DNA of 64,000 nucleotides, taken from an uncultured Actinomycetota bacterium. GTDB lineage: Bacteria; Actinomycetota; Actinomycetes; JAHEKZ01. The notes under the pieces were generated by a model that searched no databases, had not been told where the DNA came from, and worked only from the letters and a program-made list of their open reading frames with translations. Of this stretch, positions 8,751 to 16,885 are shown one piece after another; position 1 is the first letter of the stretch, and each line of letters begins with the position of its first letter. Location: NCBI GenBank assembly GCA_963848085.1, contig CAWKCE010000005.1:559667-623666 (forward strand), in the 5' to 3' direction. The position numbers and the translations under genes were made by a program.

Positions 8751-9520
8751 CCGTTGACGCACTCTCGACGCGGCCTGCCCGGGTGGCCACTCCGAACCGG
8801 TTCCTTGTCTTGTGGCAGTCACCCAGCGACCGTTCCTATCACCGGGTCGGCACCCTCGAGCGTGACACCGAGGGCTACACATTCCACTACTTGCCCGGAG
8901 CCCAGGGCACCTCCGGCTTCGAGGCGTTCGCCGGCTTCCCCGACCCCGACGTCGAGTACCGATCCGAAGAGCTGTTCCCAATGTTCGCCAACCGAGTCAT
9001 GACCCCGAGACGGGACAACTACGACGCCTACGTCCAGTCACTGGGGCTGAGTGACGCCAGGCCCGAACCATTCGAGGTCCTAGCGCGAACCCTCGGCACC
9101 CGAGCCACCGACCTCGTCCAGCTGCTTCCAGTCCCCACCATCGACGCGCAAGGTTTGCTGTCCTTCTACTTCCTCGTCCACGGCAGCCGGCACGTGGACG
9201 CTGAAGCCGAGCGACTGGGCCGTTTGCAGCCCGGCGACGACCTCTACTTGGCCCCTGAGGACGACAACGAGGTCAGCCCGGTCGCGGTCCTTGTCGACAG
9301 CCAGCCGCAACCGACCCGCGACCGCGCCCTGGGGTACGTCCCGGACGTACTGGCACCCCTCGTCCGCGCACTGCTCGCCAGCGGAACCACACTCCGAGTT
9401 GTTGCCGAGCAGGTCAACCTGCCCACTGCCGGGCACGTCTCCGACCACATGAGACTCCTGGCCAGGATCGACGCCATCGCACCCGACGGCTTCGACGTAG
9501 ACGCGGCGCTGTCTTCCTGA
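8747..9520 (+). CDS. HipA N-subdomain-1-like (HipS-like) domain fused to a HIRAN-like C-terminal domain; candidate partner/antitoxin of upstream kinase
   Basis: ATGA overlap with kinase stop; N-half 'FLVLWQSPSDRSYHRVGTL...TFHYLPG...LFPMFANRVMTPRRDNYDAYVQSLGLSD...FEVLARTLGTRATDLVQLLP' parallels HipA residues 1-110; C-half 'LQPGDDLYLAPEDDNEVSPVAVLV...ALGYVPDVLAPLVRALLASGTTLRVV' fits the HIRAN consensus; homology judged by eye only. Confidence 0.45.
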   Translation: MTVDALSTRPARVATPNRFLVLWQSPSDRSYHRVGTLERDTEGYTFHYLPGAQGTSGFEAFAGFPDPDVEYRSEELFPMFANRVMTPRRDNYDAYVQSLGLSDARPEPFEVLARTLGTRATDLVQLLPVPTIDAQGLLSFYFLVHGSRHVDAEAERLGRLQPGDDLYLAPEDDNEVSPVAVLVDSQPQPTRDRALGYVPDVLAPLVRALLASGTTLRVVAEQVNLPTAGHVSDHMRLLARIDAIAPDGFDVDAALSS

Positions 9521-9540
9521 TTTCGCGACGTTCCCGCACC

Positions 9541-9563
9541 GCATAGCTGCCCGCATAGCTGCC
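9541..9563. repeat. Tandem 12-bp repeat GCATAGCTGCC(C) x2 about 70 bp from the tRNA-proximal att repeat (arm-type site candidate)
   Basis: gcatagctgccc gcatagctgcc read directly; matches left-end repeat core. Confidence 0.55.
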
Positions 9564-9634
9564 AGAGCCTCAAAACGACCAAGAGCCGATCCCTCGTGAA
9601 CGAGAAAATCGGCTCTGACCTGCGATGACGTGTG

Positions 9635-9707
9635 CGCGCCCGGAGAGACTCGAACTCCCAACCTTCTGATCCGTAGTCAGATGCTCTATCCGTTGAGCTA
9701 CGGGCGC
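9635..9707 (-). tRNA. tRNA-Arg (anticodon ACG)
   Basis: Cloverleaf: acceptor GCGCCCG/CGGGCGC, D-arm GCTCAACGGATAGAGC, anticodon arm TCTGA-CTACGGA-TCAGA, T-arm GGGAG-TTCGAGT-CTCTC, discriminator G, no encoded CCA. Confidence 0.85.
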
Positions 9708-9791
9708 CCGGCCGCATGCGACCGCCGATCACCATACCGGCCACGTCGTGACGGGCCGAAATCCGTGGGACCGACTCGACGAAGGAAGGAC

Positions 9792-10155
9792 CTAGCCCCG
9801 CGCCGAGTCGAACTCGGCGACCAGCCGCTTCGGCGCGACGGAGCGCCAGGCGTCCTGCACGAGCTCCTCGACCTGGTCGGCAGGTGCCCGGGCAAGGGTC
9901 ACTTCCACCCAGCCATAGCGCCCCACGTGGGCCGCCACGCCGTACGCCTCCGGCGACTCTGCGATGAGGGCTGCCTGCTCCTCCTTCGTCGACTTCACCG
10001 TTGCGCTGGCACCGTCCTCGGCGAGAATCACGAAGATCTTGGACCGCACCCGGAACGTGGGATGGACGTCCCACGTGATCTGTTCGGTGGCGTCTGGCAG
10101 GGCGAGCGCCGCCTGGCGGACATGGTCTGCCGAACTGGGACGAGGCGAACTCACG
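9792..10155 (-). CDS. MmcQ/YjbR-family DNA-binding protein
   Basis: C-terminal 110 aa 'ITWDVHPTFRVRSKIFVIL...GRYGWVEVTL' typical of the YjbR fold; GTG start at 10153-10155 chosen because the track ORF runs through tRNA-Ser upstream. Confidence 0.5.
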
Positions 10156-10223
10156 ACCTCGACCCTAGGACGATCCCGGCCCCAGGGACGACGAAAGCCC
10201 CGGCGAGCCGGGGCTTTCGAGCG

Positions 10224-10314
10224 CGGAGGCGGCGGGATTTGAACCCGCGAGGGGTTTTGAGACCCCAACCCGCTTAGCAGGCGGGCGCCATCGGCCGGAC
10301 TAGGCGACGCCTCC
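10224..10314 (-). tRNA. tRNA-Ser (anticodon GCT)
   Basis: Acceptor GGAGGCG/CGCCTCC, anticodon loop CTGCTAA, long variable arm, T-arm GCGGG-TTCAAAT-CCCGC. Confidence 0.8.
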
Positions 10315-10634
10315 CCGCTGACCTGCGCTCTTGTGAAGCGACTCATCTCCCGCTCCTCGAAACACTGAATGAGGAGTTGCCGGTAGAAGCCGACGGTCAA
10401 GAGGACAAGACAGCGTCGAGAAGTATAGGAGAGCGGACAGGGCTACCCGGCACGGCGCCTCCGGGGCGTGGCGAGGTGGGGGAGAACGCCGGCACGTCAG
10501 CCAGTGCGGCAGCAGACCCGGTCGGCCGGTGGGAAACCGGTTGGCGTTCGCCTCACCAGCGACGATGATCTGCGGGTGTCGTCTCCCGGTGACCAAGGCC
10601 CGCCGCACCGGTCCAACGACCCCACCTGCACCAC

Positions 10635-11894
10635 ATGAGAAGGCCTTCGGCGCGGTTCGTCTACTACGCGAGCGAGTTCTGGCTGTCTGCCTCACACACC
10701 GTGTCCTTCACCGTCACCGCCGTGTACTTCGTTCAGGTGATCGACATGACTCCCCTACAGCTCGTGTTGGTCGGTACGGCAATGGAAGTCGCGGTGTTCG
10801 TCTTCGAAATCCCGACAGGCGTCGTCGCCGACACCTACGGGCGCAAACGCTCCCTCCTCATTGGCTGGCTCGTCATGGGCCTGGCCATGCTCGTGGTCGC
10901 AGCCTCGGGGTCGTTCGTCTTCGTCCTGGTGGCCTTCGCTGTCTGGGGGTTCGGGTACACGTTCACCAGTGGCGCGGACCAAGCCTGGATCACCGACGAA
11001 GTGGGCGTCGCGGAAGTCGGCCGGGTCTTCGCGCGCGGCCAACAGCTCGGGTATGTCGGCGGGCTGATCGGCATTGGTGTGAGTGTCGCCGTCGCCAGCT
11101 GGAGCCTGCCGGGTGCAATTGCGCTGGGCGGCGTGCTCTCGATCGCCTTCGTCGGCTTCGCCCTGGTCCTCATGCCGGAGACCGGCTTCACCCGGCCCGA
11201 CCGGTCCGATGGCCGACGCGGAGCCGGCGTCCTCGTCTCCGGAGTGCGGACCAGCGCGCGCTTCATTCGGGCGCGTCCGCTCCTGCTCCTCATCCTGGCC
11301 ATCGCCTTCTTCGCAGGGGCCTCGACGGAGAGCTTCGACCGGCTGTGGCAGGCGCACATTCTCCTCGACGTCGGACTGCCCTCGCTGGGTTCACTCGACC
11401 CCGTGGTCTGGTTTGGGATCTTTGGCGCCGTGACCATGCTGCTCGGCCTGGTGGGCTCTGAGTACTTGGTCCGTCGCTTCCAGCGGGTCGGTCAGGAGCG
11501 CCTGGCCCGGCTGCTGTTCGTATTCACCGCCGCGCAGATGGTGACGGTTGTCGTGTTCGCGGTGGCGGGAAACTTCGCGGTTGCCGTTGCGGGAATGTGG
11601 ACGTACTACCTCACGCGCTCGCTCGTCCAACCGGTGTACGACACCTGGGTGAACGAGCAGATCACCGACTCGTCGGTGCGCGCGACCGTCATCTCGATCT
11701 CCGGCCAGTCGGACGCTGTCGGACAGGTCATCGGTGGACCAGGGCTGGGGGCCGTCGGGTCCGTGTGGTCCATCCGGGCCGCCTTGCTTGTCGGTGCCGC
11801 GGTTCTCGCACCCGCGCTGGCGCTGTACGCCCGAGCCGTCCAGCACGGTGGCCAGGAGCCGGAGCTCTCCGAGCTACCCAGCGGCAGCGCCTGA
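10635..11894 (+). CDS. MFS transporter
   Basis: 419 aa, 12 predicted TM segments, motif 'GVVADTYGRKRSLLIG' (MFS signature between TM2-3). Confidence 0.8.
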   Translation: MRRPSARFVYYASEFWLSASHTVSFTVTAVYFVQVIDMTPLQLVLVGTAMEVAVFVFEIPTGVVADTYGRKRSLLIGWLVMGLAMLVVAASGSFVFVLVAFAVWGFGYTFTSGADQAWITDEVGVAEVGRVFARGQQLGYVGGLIGIGVSVAVASWSLPGAIALGGVLSIAFVGFALVLMPETGFTRPDRSDGRRGAGVLVSGVRTSARFIRARPLLLLILAIAFFAGASTESFDRLWQAHILLDVGLPSLGSLDPVVWFGIFGAVTMLLGLVGSEYLVRRFQRVGQERLARLLFVFTAAQMVTVVVFAVAGNFAVAVAGMWTYYLTRSLVQPVYDTWVNEQITDSSVRATVISISGQSDAVGQVIGGPGLGAVGSVWSIRAALLVGAAVLAPALALYARAVQHGGQEPELSELPSGSA

Positions 11895-11900
11895 GGCCGC

Positions 11901-12974
11901 TCAGCTCTCGGCCGTCGCGGCGCCCTCGGGTGGGTCCGCCCCCTTCCCGCTGGCGTCTATCAGGTTGGCGAGCCATCGGGTGCTCTCGTACGGCTCAAGC
12001 ATCACGGTGCGAACGAACAAGGTCAGCGGGATGCACAGGATCGCCCCCAGCGGCCCGATCACCCAGGTCCAGAAGAACACGGAGACGAACGTCACCGTCG
12101 CGGCGAGGTTCACCGAGTCCCCGACGATCTTGGGCTGGATGAACTCCTGGATGGTGAAGTTGATGAGGCTGTAGCCAACGACGACCCACAGCGCAGTCAC
12201 CCAGCCGTCGGTGAGGAACGCCAGGAGCGCCGGCGGAATGACCCCGATGACGAACCCGATGTTGGGGATGTAGTTGGTGACGAAGGCGAGCATCCCCCAC
12301 ACGACGACGAGTGGGACCCCCAGGACGAAGAGCAGCGCAGAGTCGAGGACCGCGACGATCACGCCGAAAATCGTCGCCACACCCAGGTAGACGCGCGTTT
12401 CCGATCCCCACTTGCTCCACGCAGTCGCCACATGACTACGGTCCGCGGACACGGCCGCGTACTTGTCGGGGAAACGCAGCCCGTCGATGACCAGGAAGAA
12501 CACGACCGCGACGATCACCACGGCGTTGCCGAGGATCCCGGTGACCCCACCGAGAACCGACTGCGCGACCGCGACGACGTTGGAGGCGTCGAGATTGCTC
12601 AGGATGTCGGTGCTGGACGAGGAGCCCCCCAGCTGGTCCGACACCCAGCTGAGCGCGTCAGAGATCTGGCTCTCGTACTGCGGAAGCTCCTCCACCAGCT
12701 GCACGAGGGCGACCGCCATCATGATCGCCCCGGCAATGAACACCGCGTAGATCGCTCCCCACGCGGCGAGCATCGCCACCAGCGGCTTGGACCCACGGTC
12801 GATCAGCTTGCGCTGGATCGGGTATGCGGTCACGGTGGCGATCATCGCGAAGATCACCGGCGAGAACACCGACGCCGAGTACTTCAGGCCGACGATCACC
12901 ACCGCGCTCGCGGCAAGGGTGATGAGTGGACGCTCGATGCTCCCGCGGTCGGCTACGGGCGACGGGCTGGACAT
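11901..12974 (-). CDS. AI-2E family transporter (PerM/YhhT-like)
   Basis: Multi-TM protein with AI-2E-like layout; start trimmed to the internal Met 'MSSPSPVADRG' to avoid overlap with the corA-like gene. Confidence 0.75.
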   Translation of the reverse strand: MSSPSPVADRGSIERPLITLAASAVVIVGLKYSASVFSPVIFAMIATVTAYPIQRKLIDRGSKPLVAMLAAWGAIYAVFIAGAIMMAVALVQLVEELPQYESQISDALSWVSDQLGGSSSSTDILSNLDASNVVAVAQSVLGGVTGILGNAVVIVAVVFFLVIDGLRFPDKYAAVSADRSHVATAWSKWGSETRVYLGVATIFGVIVAVLDSALLFVLGVPLVVVWGMLAFVTNYIPNIGFVIGVIPPALLAFLTDGWVTALWVVVGYSLINFTIQEFIQPKIVGDSVNLAATVTFVSVFFWTWVIGPLGAILCIPLTLFVRTVMLEPYESTRWLANLIDASGKGADPPEGAATAES

Positions 12975-13099
12975 GTTTCGCCTCCTCCGCGGCGGCGCAC
13001 CCGGGCAACCGCTCGGGGACACTATGTCGGTTGAGCGCACGTCGAGAAAGGACATCCAAGACCCGCCCCGCGATACCTCCGCGGCCCTACGGTTACCCC

Positions 13100-14116
13100 G
13101 TGACCACCTTCCGGGCCTACCGCGACGGCCAGCTCATTCCGGACGAGCCGGCGAGTTCGGCGGTCGACCACCGGCTGACCACGGCCATGGCGCTCGTCGG
13201 AACCCCGGGAGTCGTGGTGTGGCTCGACGTCACACCAGACCAGCTCCCGACGCTGGCGGATCGACTCGGCTTTCACCACCATGCGGTGGAAGACGCGATG
13301 AAGACCGCCGAGATCGGCAGCGAGATCGCCCAGCGCACCAAGCTCGACCGCTTCCCCGGCCACGTCTTCCTGTACCTGTACCGGTCGGCCGTCGGGCCAG
13401 ACGGGTCGCTGGTGCTGCGCGAGCTGCCGGTCTTCGTCAACCCGAGCGTGATCGTCACGGTCGACCGCGCCAACGCCCTTGACGTCGGAGGCCTGATGGA
13501 GCGACTGGACGCCCATCCAGAGCTGCCTCGCTACGGAGTGTCCGCCCTGTTGTACGGCGTGCTCGACATGGTCGTCGACAGCCACCTGGCCACCATCGAC
13601 GCGCTGGGCGACGACGTGGACAAGATGGAGGACGACCTGTTCGACGGTGACTCCGACGCCGACCCGACGGCGATCACCCGGCACGGCTTCTACACCCGCA
13701 AGGCACTGGTTCGGATGCGACGGATCAGCGCCCCCATGCGCGAGCTGGTGACCGGAGTCATGCGGGTTGAAGATGACGACCAGACTCCGATTGCACCTGG
13801 GCTGATGCCGTACTACCAGGACCTCTACGATCACGTGCTGCGGGTGAACGACAGCATCGAGGGCCTGCGCGACCTCATCACCACGATCTACGAGACCCGG
13901 CTGACCAAGGCCGACCATGCCCTGAACACCGTGATGCGCAAACTGGCCGGATGGGCCGCGATTATCGCAGTGCCCACCGCGGTGACCGGCTTCTACGGCC
14001 AGAACCTGCCCTACCCGGGCTTCCTCAAGCCCTGGGGTTTCTGGTTCAGCACTGCCCTGTGGTTCCTGGTCTCCGGCGCGCTCTACCTCGGCTTCCGCCG
14101 ACGGCGCTGGATCTGA
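13100..14116 (+). CDS. corA: CorA-family divalent cation transporter with a variant GQN signature
   Basis: Cytoplasmic N-domain plus two C-terminal TM helices; signature 'FYGQNLPYPG' in place of canonical YGMNF; GTG start 13100. Confidence 0.75.
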   Translation: MTTFRAYRDGQLIPDEPASSAVDHRLTTAMALVGTPGVVVWLDVTPDQLPTLADRLGFHHHAVEDAMKTAEIGSEIAQRTKLDRFPGHVFLYLYRSAVGPDGSLVLRELPVFVNPSVIVTVDRANALDVGGLMERLDAHPELPRYGVSALLYGVLDMVVDSHLATIDALGDDVDKMEDDLFDGDSDADPTAITRHGFYTRKALVRMRRISAPMRELVTGVMRVEDDDQTPIAPGLMPYYQDLYDHVLRVNDSIEGLRDLITTIYETRLTKADHALNTVMRKLAGWAAIIAVPTAVTGFYGQNLPYPGFLKPWGFWFSTALWFLVSGALYLGFRRRRWI

Positions 14117-14118
14117 CC

Positions 14119-14145
14119 GACTTGCTAGGCAGGGCCTAGCAAGTC
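14119..14145. terminator. Bidirectional intrinsic terminator hairpin between convergent genes
   Basis: Perfect 12-bp stem GACTTGCTAGGC / GCCTAGCAAGTC with 3-nt loop AGG; overlaps the stop codon of the minus-strand methyltransferase gene. Confidence 0.5.
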
Positions 14146-15403
14146 AGCTGAGCCAGTCCGGACGCAGCGGCATCCCGCTGCGTCCGCCGGCGGCCAGCTT
14201 CACCGCCAGCACCTGGTGCAGCTGGATCCGGTTCAGGTCGAACCCGACGCGCGACGCCGCCATGTACAGCTCCCAGACCCTGGCCCTGCGCTCCCCCACC
14301 TCCGCGACGGCCTCCGGCCAGTTCTCGGTCAGGTTGGCACCCCAGTCACGCAACGTCATCGCGTAGTGCTCACGCAGGTTCTCCTCGTGCCGCGGCTCCA
14401 AACCGTTGTCCTGCAGGGCGGAGATCACCCGCCCGACCCCGAGCAGCTCGCCGTCGGGGAACACGTACCGGTCGATGAAGCCCCCGGCACGCGCCCGCTC
14501 CTTCGTGGTCGCCCGGGTGATGCAGTGGTTCAGCAGCCGCCCCTCGGGACGCAGCCGCGACGCGAGGAAGCGGAAGTAGCCGGGTAGGTTCTTGCGGCCG
14601 ACATGTTCGGTCAGCCCGATCGACGACACCGCGTCGAAGCCCAGCTGCCCGACGTCGCGGTAGTCGGAGTACCGGATCTCGACGAGGTCGGCCAGACCAC
14701 GCTCGGCAACCTTCTTCTGCGCCCAGTCGGCCTGCAGCTTCGACAACGTGACGCCAAGCACCTTGACACCGTGGTGCTCGGCCGCGTGCATGGCCATGCC
14801 ACCCCAGCCGCAGCCGACGTCCAGCAGCCGCATCCCCGGCTCCAGCGCGAGCTTGCGGCAGACCAGCTCGTACTTGTCGCGCTGCGCCTCCTCCAGCGAG
14901 GCCTCCGCCGTCGGATAGACCGCGCAGGTGTACGTCATCGACGGACCGAGGACGAGCTCGTAGAAACGGTTCGACACGTCGTAGTGGTGGGCGATCGCCG
15001 CCGCATCACGCTGCTTCGAGTGGCGAAGCCCCCGCCGCCATGGCGGTGCCGCCTCCTCCGGAGGCACCGGCGGTCGTCCGATGATCTCCGGCCCGAGGTC
15101 ACGCAGGATCGCCAGCTTCTGGGTGGCCGACACGTCCTGGCGAGACTCGCCGACCATCGCCAGCAAAGCCGCGTGAAGGTCGCCATGGACCACCAGCTCC
15201 CCGCTCACGAAAGCCCTCGCCAGACCCAGGTCTCCGGGTGCGCCAGTGATGTACTTCAGCGCGGTGGGGGAACGGACTTCGAGCGTGGCGGCGGCGTCGG
15301 TGGTCCCGAACTCGCTCCCGTCATACGCGGTCAGCCGCAGGTTGGCGCTGTTTCCCACCACGTGCTGGAATGCCTCGGCGATCGTCATCTTCCCGCTGGG
15401 CAC
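14144..15403 (-). CDS. cyclopropane-fatty-acyl-phospholipid synthase-family SAM-dependent methyltransferase (BfaB/UfaA1-like)
   Basis: 419 aa; SAM-binding motif 'LLDVGCGWGGMAMHAAEHHG', CFA-synthase family C-terminal region. Confidence 0.8.
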   Translation of the reverse strand: MPSGKMTIAEAFQHVVGNSANLRLTAYDGSEFGTTDAAATLEVRSPTALKYITGAPGDLGLARAFVSGELVVHGDLHAALLAMVGESRQDVSATQKLAILRDLGPEIIGRPPVPPEEAAPPWRRGLRHSKQRDAAAIAHHYDVSNRFYELVLGPSMTYTCAVYPTAEASLEEAQRDKYELVCRKLALEPGMRLLDVGCGWGGMAMHAAEHHGVKVLGVTLSKLQADWAQKKVAERGLADLVEIRYSDYRDVGQLGFDAVSSIGLTEHVGRKNLPGYFRFLASRLRPEGRLLNHCITRATTKERARAGGFIDRYVFPDGELLGVGRVISALQDNGLEPRHEENLREHYAMTLRDWGANLTENWPEAVAEVGERRARVWELYMAASRVGFDLNRIQLHQVLAVKLAAGGRSGMPLRPDWLS

Positions 15404-15422
15404 AGTTCCTCCTGACTTCGCA

Positions 15423-16856
15423 TCACCGGGCCCGGACGCACTTGCTGAACAGGTCCAGCAACCGGTCGTCCGGGTCGTACTCCTTCTTCAGCACGCGGTA
15501 GGAATCCCCGCCGTACGTTTGCCAGAACTCGTCCTCCTCGTAGTAGGCCGACGAGTACAGCGACTTGCGTCCGCCGAGGTCCGAGACGAGCCGCTCGATC
15601 AGTCGGTTGTGCGTCCCGTCGGCTTCGCCGGGGTCAAGGGGCACGGTGGACCAGAAACCGAAGTTCACGTAAGTAGTCGACGGGTCGAGCGCGTACAGGT
15701 CCCAGCGACGCGAACCCTCGCGCTGGCGCAGCGGGCACATCCAGACCGGGCTGATTCCGATCTCGCGCTCGAATACCTCCAGGAACTCAGCGGCGCGGTC
15801 GACCGGCACCTCGACGTCCTGGATGACCGCCTCCCGGTCGGGACGGCCGCGAGACCGGTCGTAGCGAGCCTTCCACCCGTGCCGTCGCTCGAAGCCCACC
15901 GCCCGCCAGTAGACGTCGCTGCGCTTGAGCCGCCGGGGGACGAGCGGCCGGACGAGTCGGTGCTGGACCCCTAAGGCTCGGGAGCACCAGAACCAGTCGG
16001 TGTCCCACCGCCAGATGTAGTCGTGGACGGTAAGGAAGTCACGTCGGCGATGCTGAATGGACCGGTAGTAGATCTCGTTGCCGGTGTAGTCGGAGACGTA
16101 CGGCGCGGTCGCGACGAAGCGGCCCAGCGTCAGGTACAGCTCGTCGGTGTCGAAGACCACGCCGTCGACGAAGTCGACCAGGCGACCAGCATGACGTCGA
16201 TGGGCCGCGATCTCGGCAACCGTGGCGAAGTACTCCGCGCGGTCGTGGAACCTGACGTGCTCCAGCTCCACGTACGGCAGCACCGGCTGCAGCTCGATGC
16301 GCAGCCGCAGCGCGTAACCCAGCGTCCCGTACGAGTTCGGGAAGCCGTGGAACAGGTCGGCGTGGTCGCCGTCCGGCGTGACGGTCAGCACGCGCCCGTC
16401 CCCGGTGAGCACGTCCATGTCGAGCACCGACTCGTGGGGGCAGCCGTTCACGAACGACGAGGACTCGATTCCCAGCCCAGTGACCGCTCCTCCGAGCGTG
16501 ATCGTCTTCAGCTGCGGCACGACGAGCGGCATCAGTCCGTGGGGCAGCGTGGCCGCGACCAGGTGCTCATACGTCGTCATCCCGAGAACATCCGCCGTCC
16601 CACCCGCCTGGTCGACGTCGAGCACACCGTCGAACGCCGACACGTCGAGCCCGGGACTGGCCACGGCGTCGCGCATGCGGAACAGGTTCGAGGTGCGTTT
16701 CCCTAGCCTGACCGGAGCCCCCGCATCGAGGGAGTCGTACTCCTCGAGGAGCTGGTCACGGGCGCGGGCATATGTGCCGTATGTCGGCATGACCCACAGG
16801 GTAGGACCTGGGCGACGCAGTTCGGGAGCGATCGTCAGAACCCGATTGGGCCGCAC
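15423..16856 (-). CDS. FAD-binding oxidoreductase (PCMH-type FAD-linked oxidase; BfaA-like partner of the methyltransferase)
   Basis: 477 aa; FAD-binding 4 domain motifs, immediately upstream of and co-oriented with the cfa-like gene. Confidence 0.75.
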   Translation of the reverse strand: MRPNRVLTIAPELRRPGPTLWVMPTYGTYARARDQLLEEYDSLDAGAPVRLGKRTSNLFRMRDAVASPGLDVSAFDGVLDVDQAGGTADVLGMTTYEHLVAATLPHGLMPLVVPQLKTITLGGAVTGLGIESSSFVNGCPHESVLDMDVLTGDGRVLTVTPDGDHADLFHGFPNSYGTLGYALRLRIELQPVLPYVELEHVRFHDRAEYFATVAEIAAHRRHAGRLVDFVDGVVFDTDELYLTLGRFVATAPYVSDYTGNEIYYRSIQHRRRDFLTVHDYIWRWDTDWFWCSRALGVQHRLVRPLVPRRLKRSDVYWRAVGFERRHGWKARYDRSRGRPDREAVIQDVEVPVDRAAEFLEVFEREIGISPVWMCPLRQREGSRRWDLYALDPSTTYVNFGFWSTVPLDPGEADGTHNRLIERLVSDLGGRKSLYSSAYYEEDEFWQTYGGDSYRVLKKEYDPDDRLLDLFSKCVRAR

Positions 16857-16885
16857 GCGGCCCCAAAAGGAGCGCGGGAGAGTGG

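Larger units (their letters stand above)
559..9679. mobile_element. Integrative mobilizable element (about 9.1 kb) inserted in the tRNA-Arg(ACG) 3' end: int, xis-like (frameshifted), MobF relaxase, ECF sigma/anti-sigma, HipA-like kinase module
   Basis: Flanking 46-bp direct repeats derived from the tRNA; tyrosine integrase next to the intact tRNA side; relaxase and excisionase-like HTH; lower-GC AT-containing stretches (2600-3100) inside. Confidence 0.7.

Noticed and set aside
9792-10400. 202-aa minus-strand ORF
   Set aside because: Its upstream half runs straight through tRNA-Ser(GCT) at 10224-10314. It was trimmed to a 121-aa YjbR-like gene starting at GTG 10153.
12432-13034. 200-aa His/Asp/Arg-rich plus-strand ORF (and similar ones at 1175-1654, 16905-18206, 17885-18820, 19992-21197)
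   Set aside because: They lie antisense to strongly supported genes (AI-2E transporter, anti-sigma, MCP, GGT) and have low-complexity composition. These are GC-driven artifacts.
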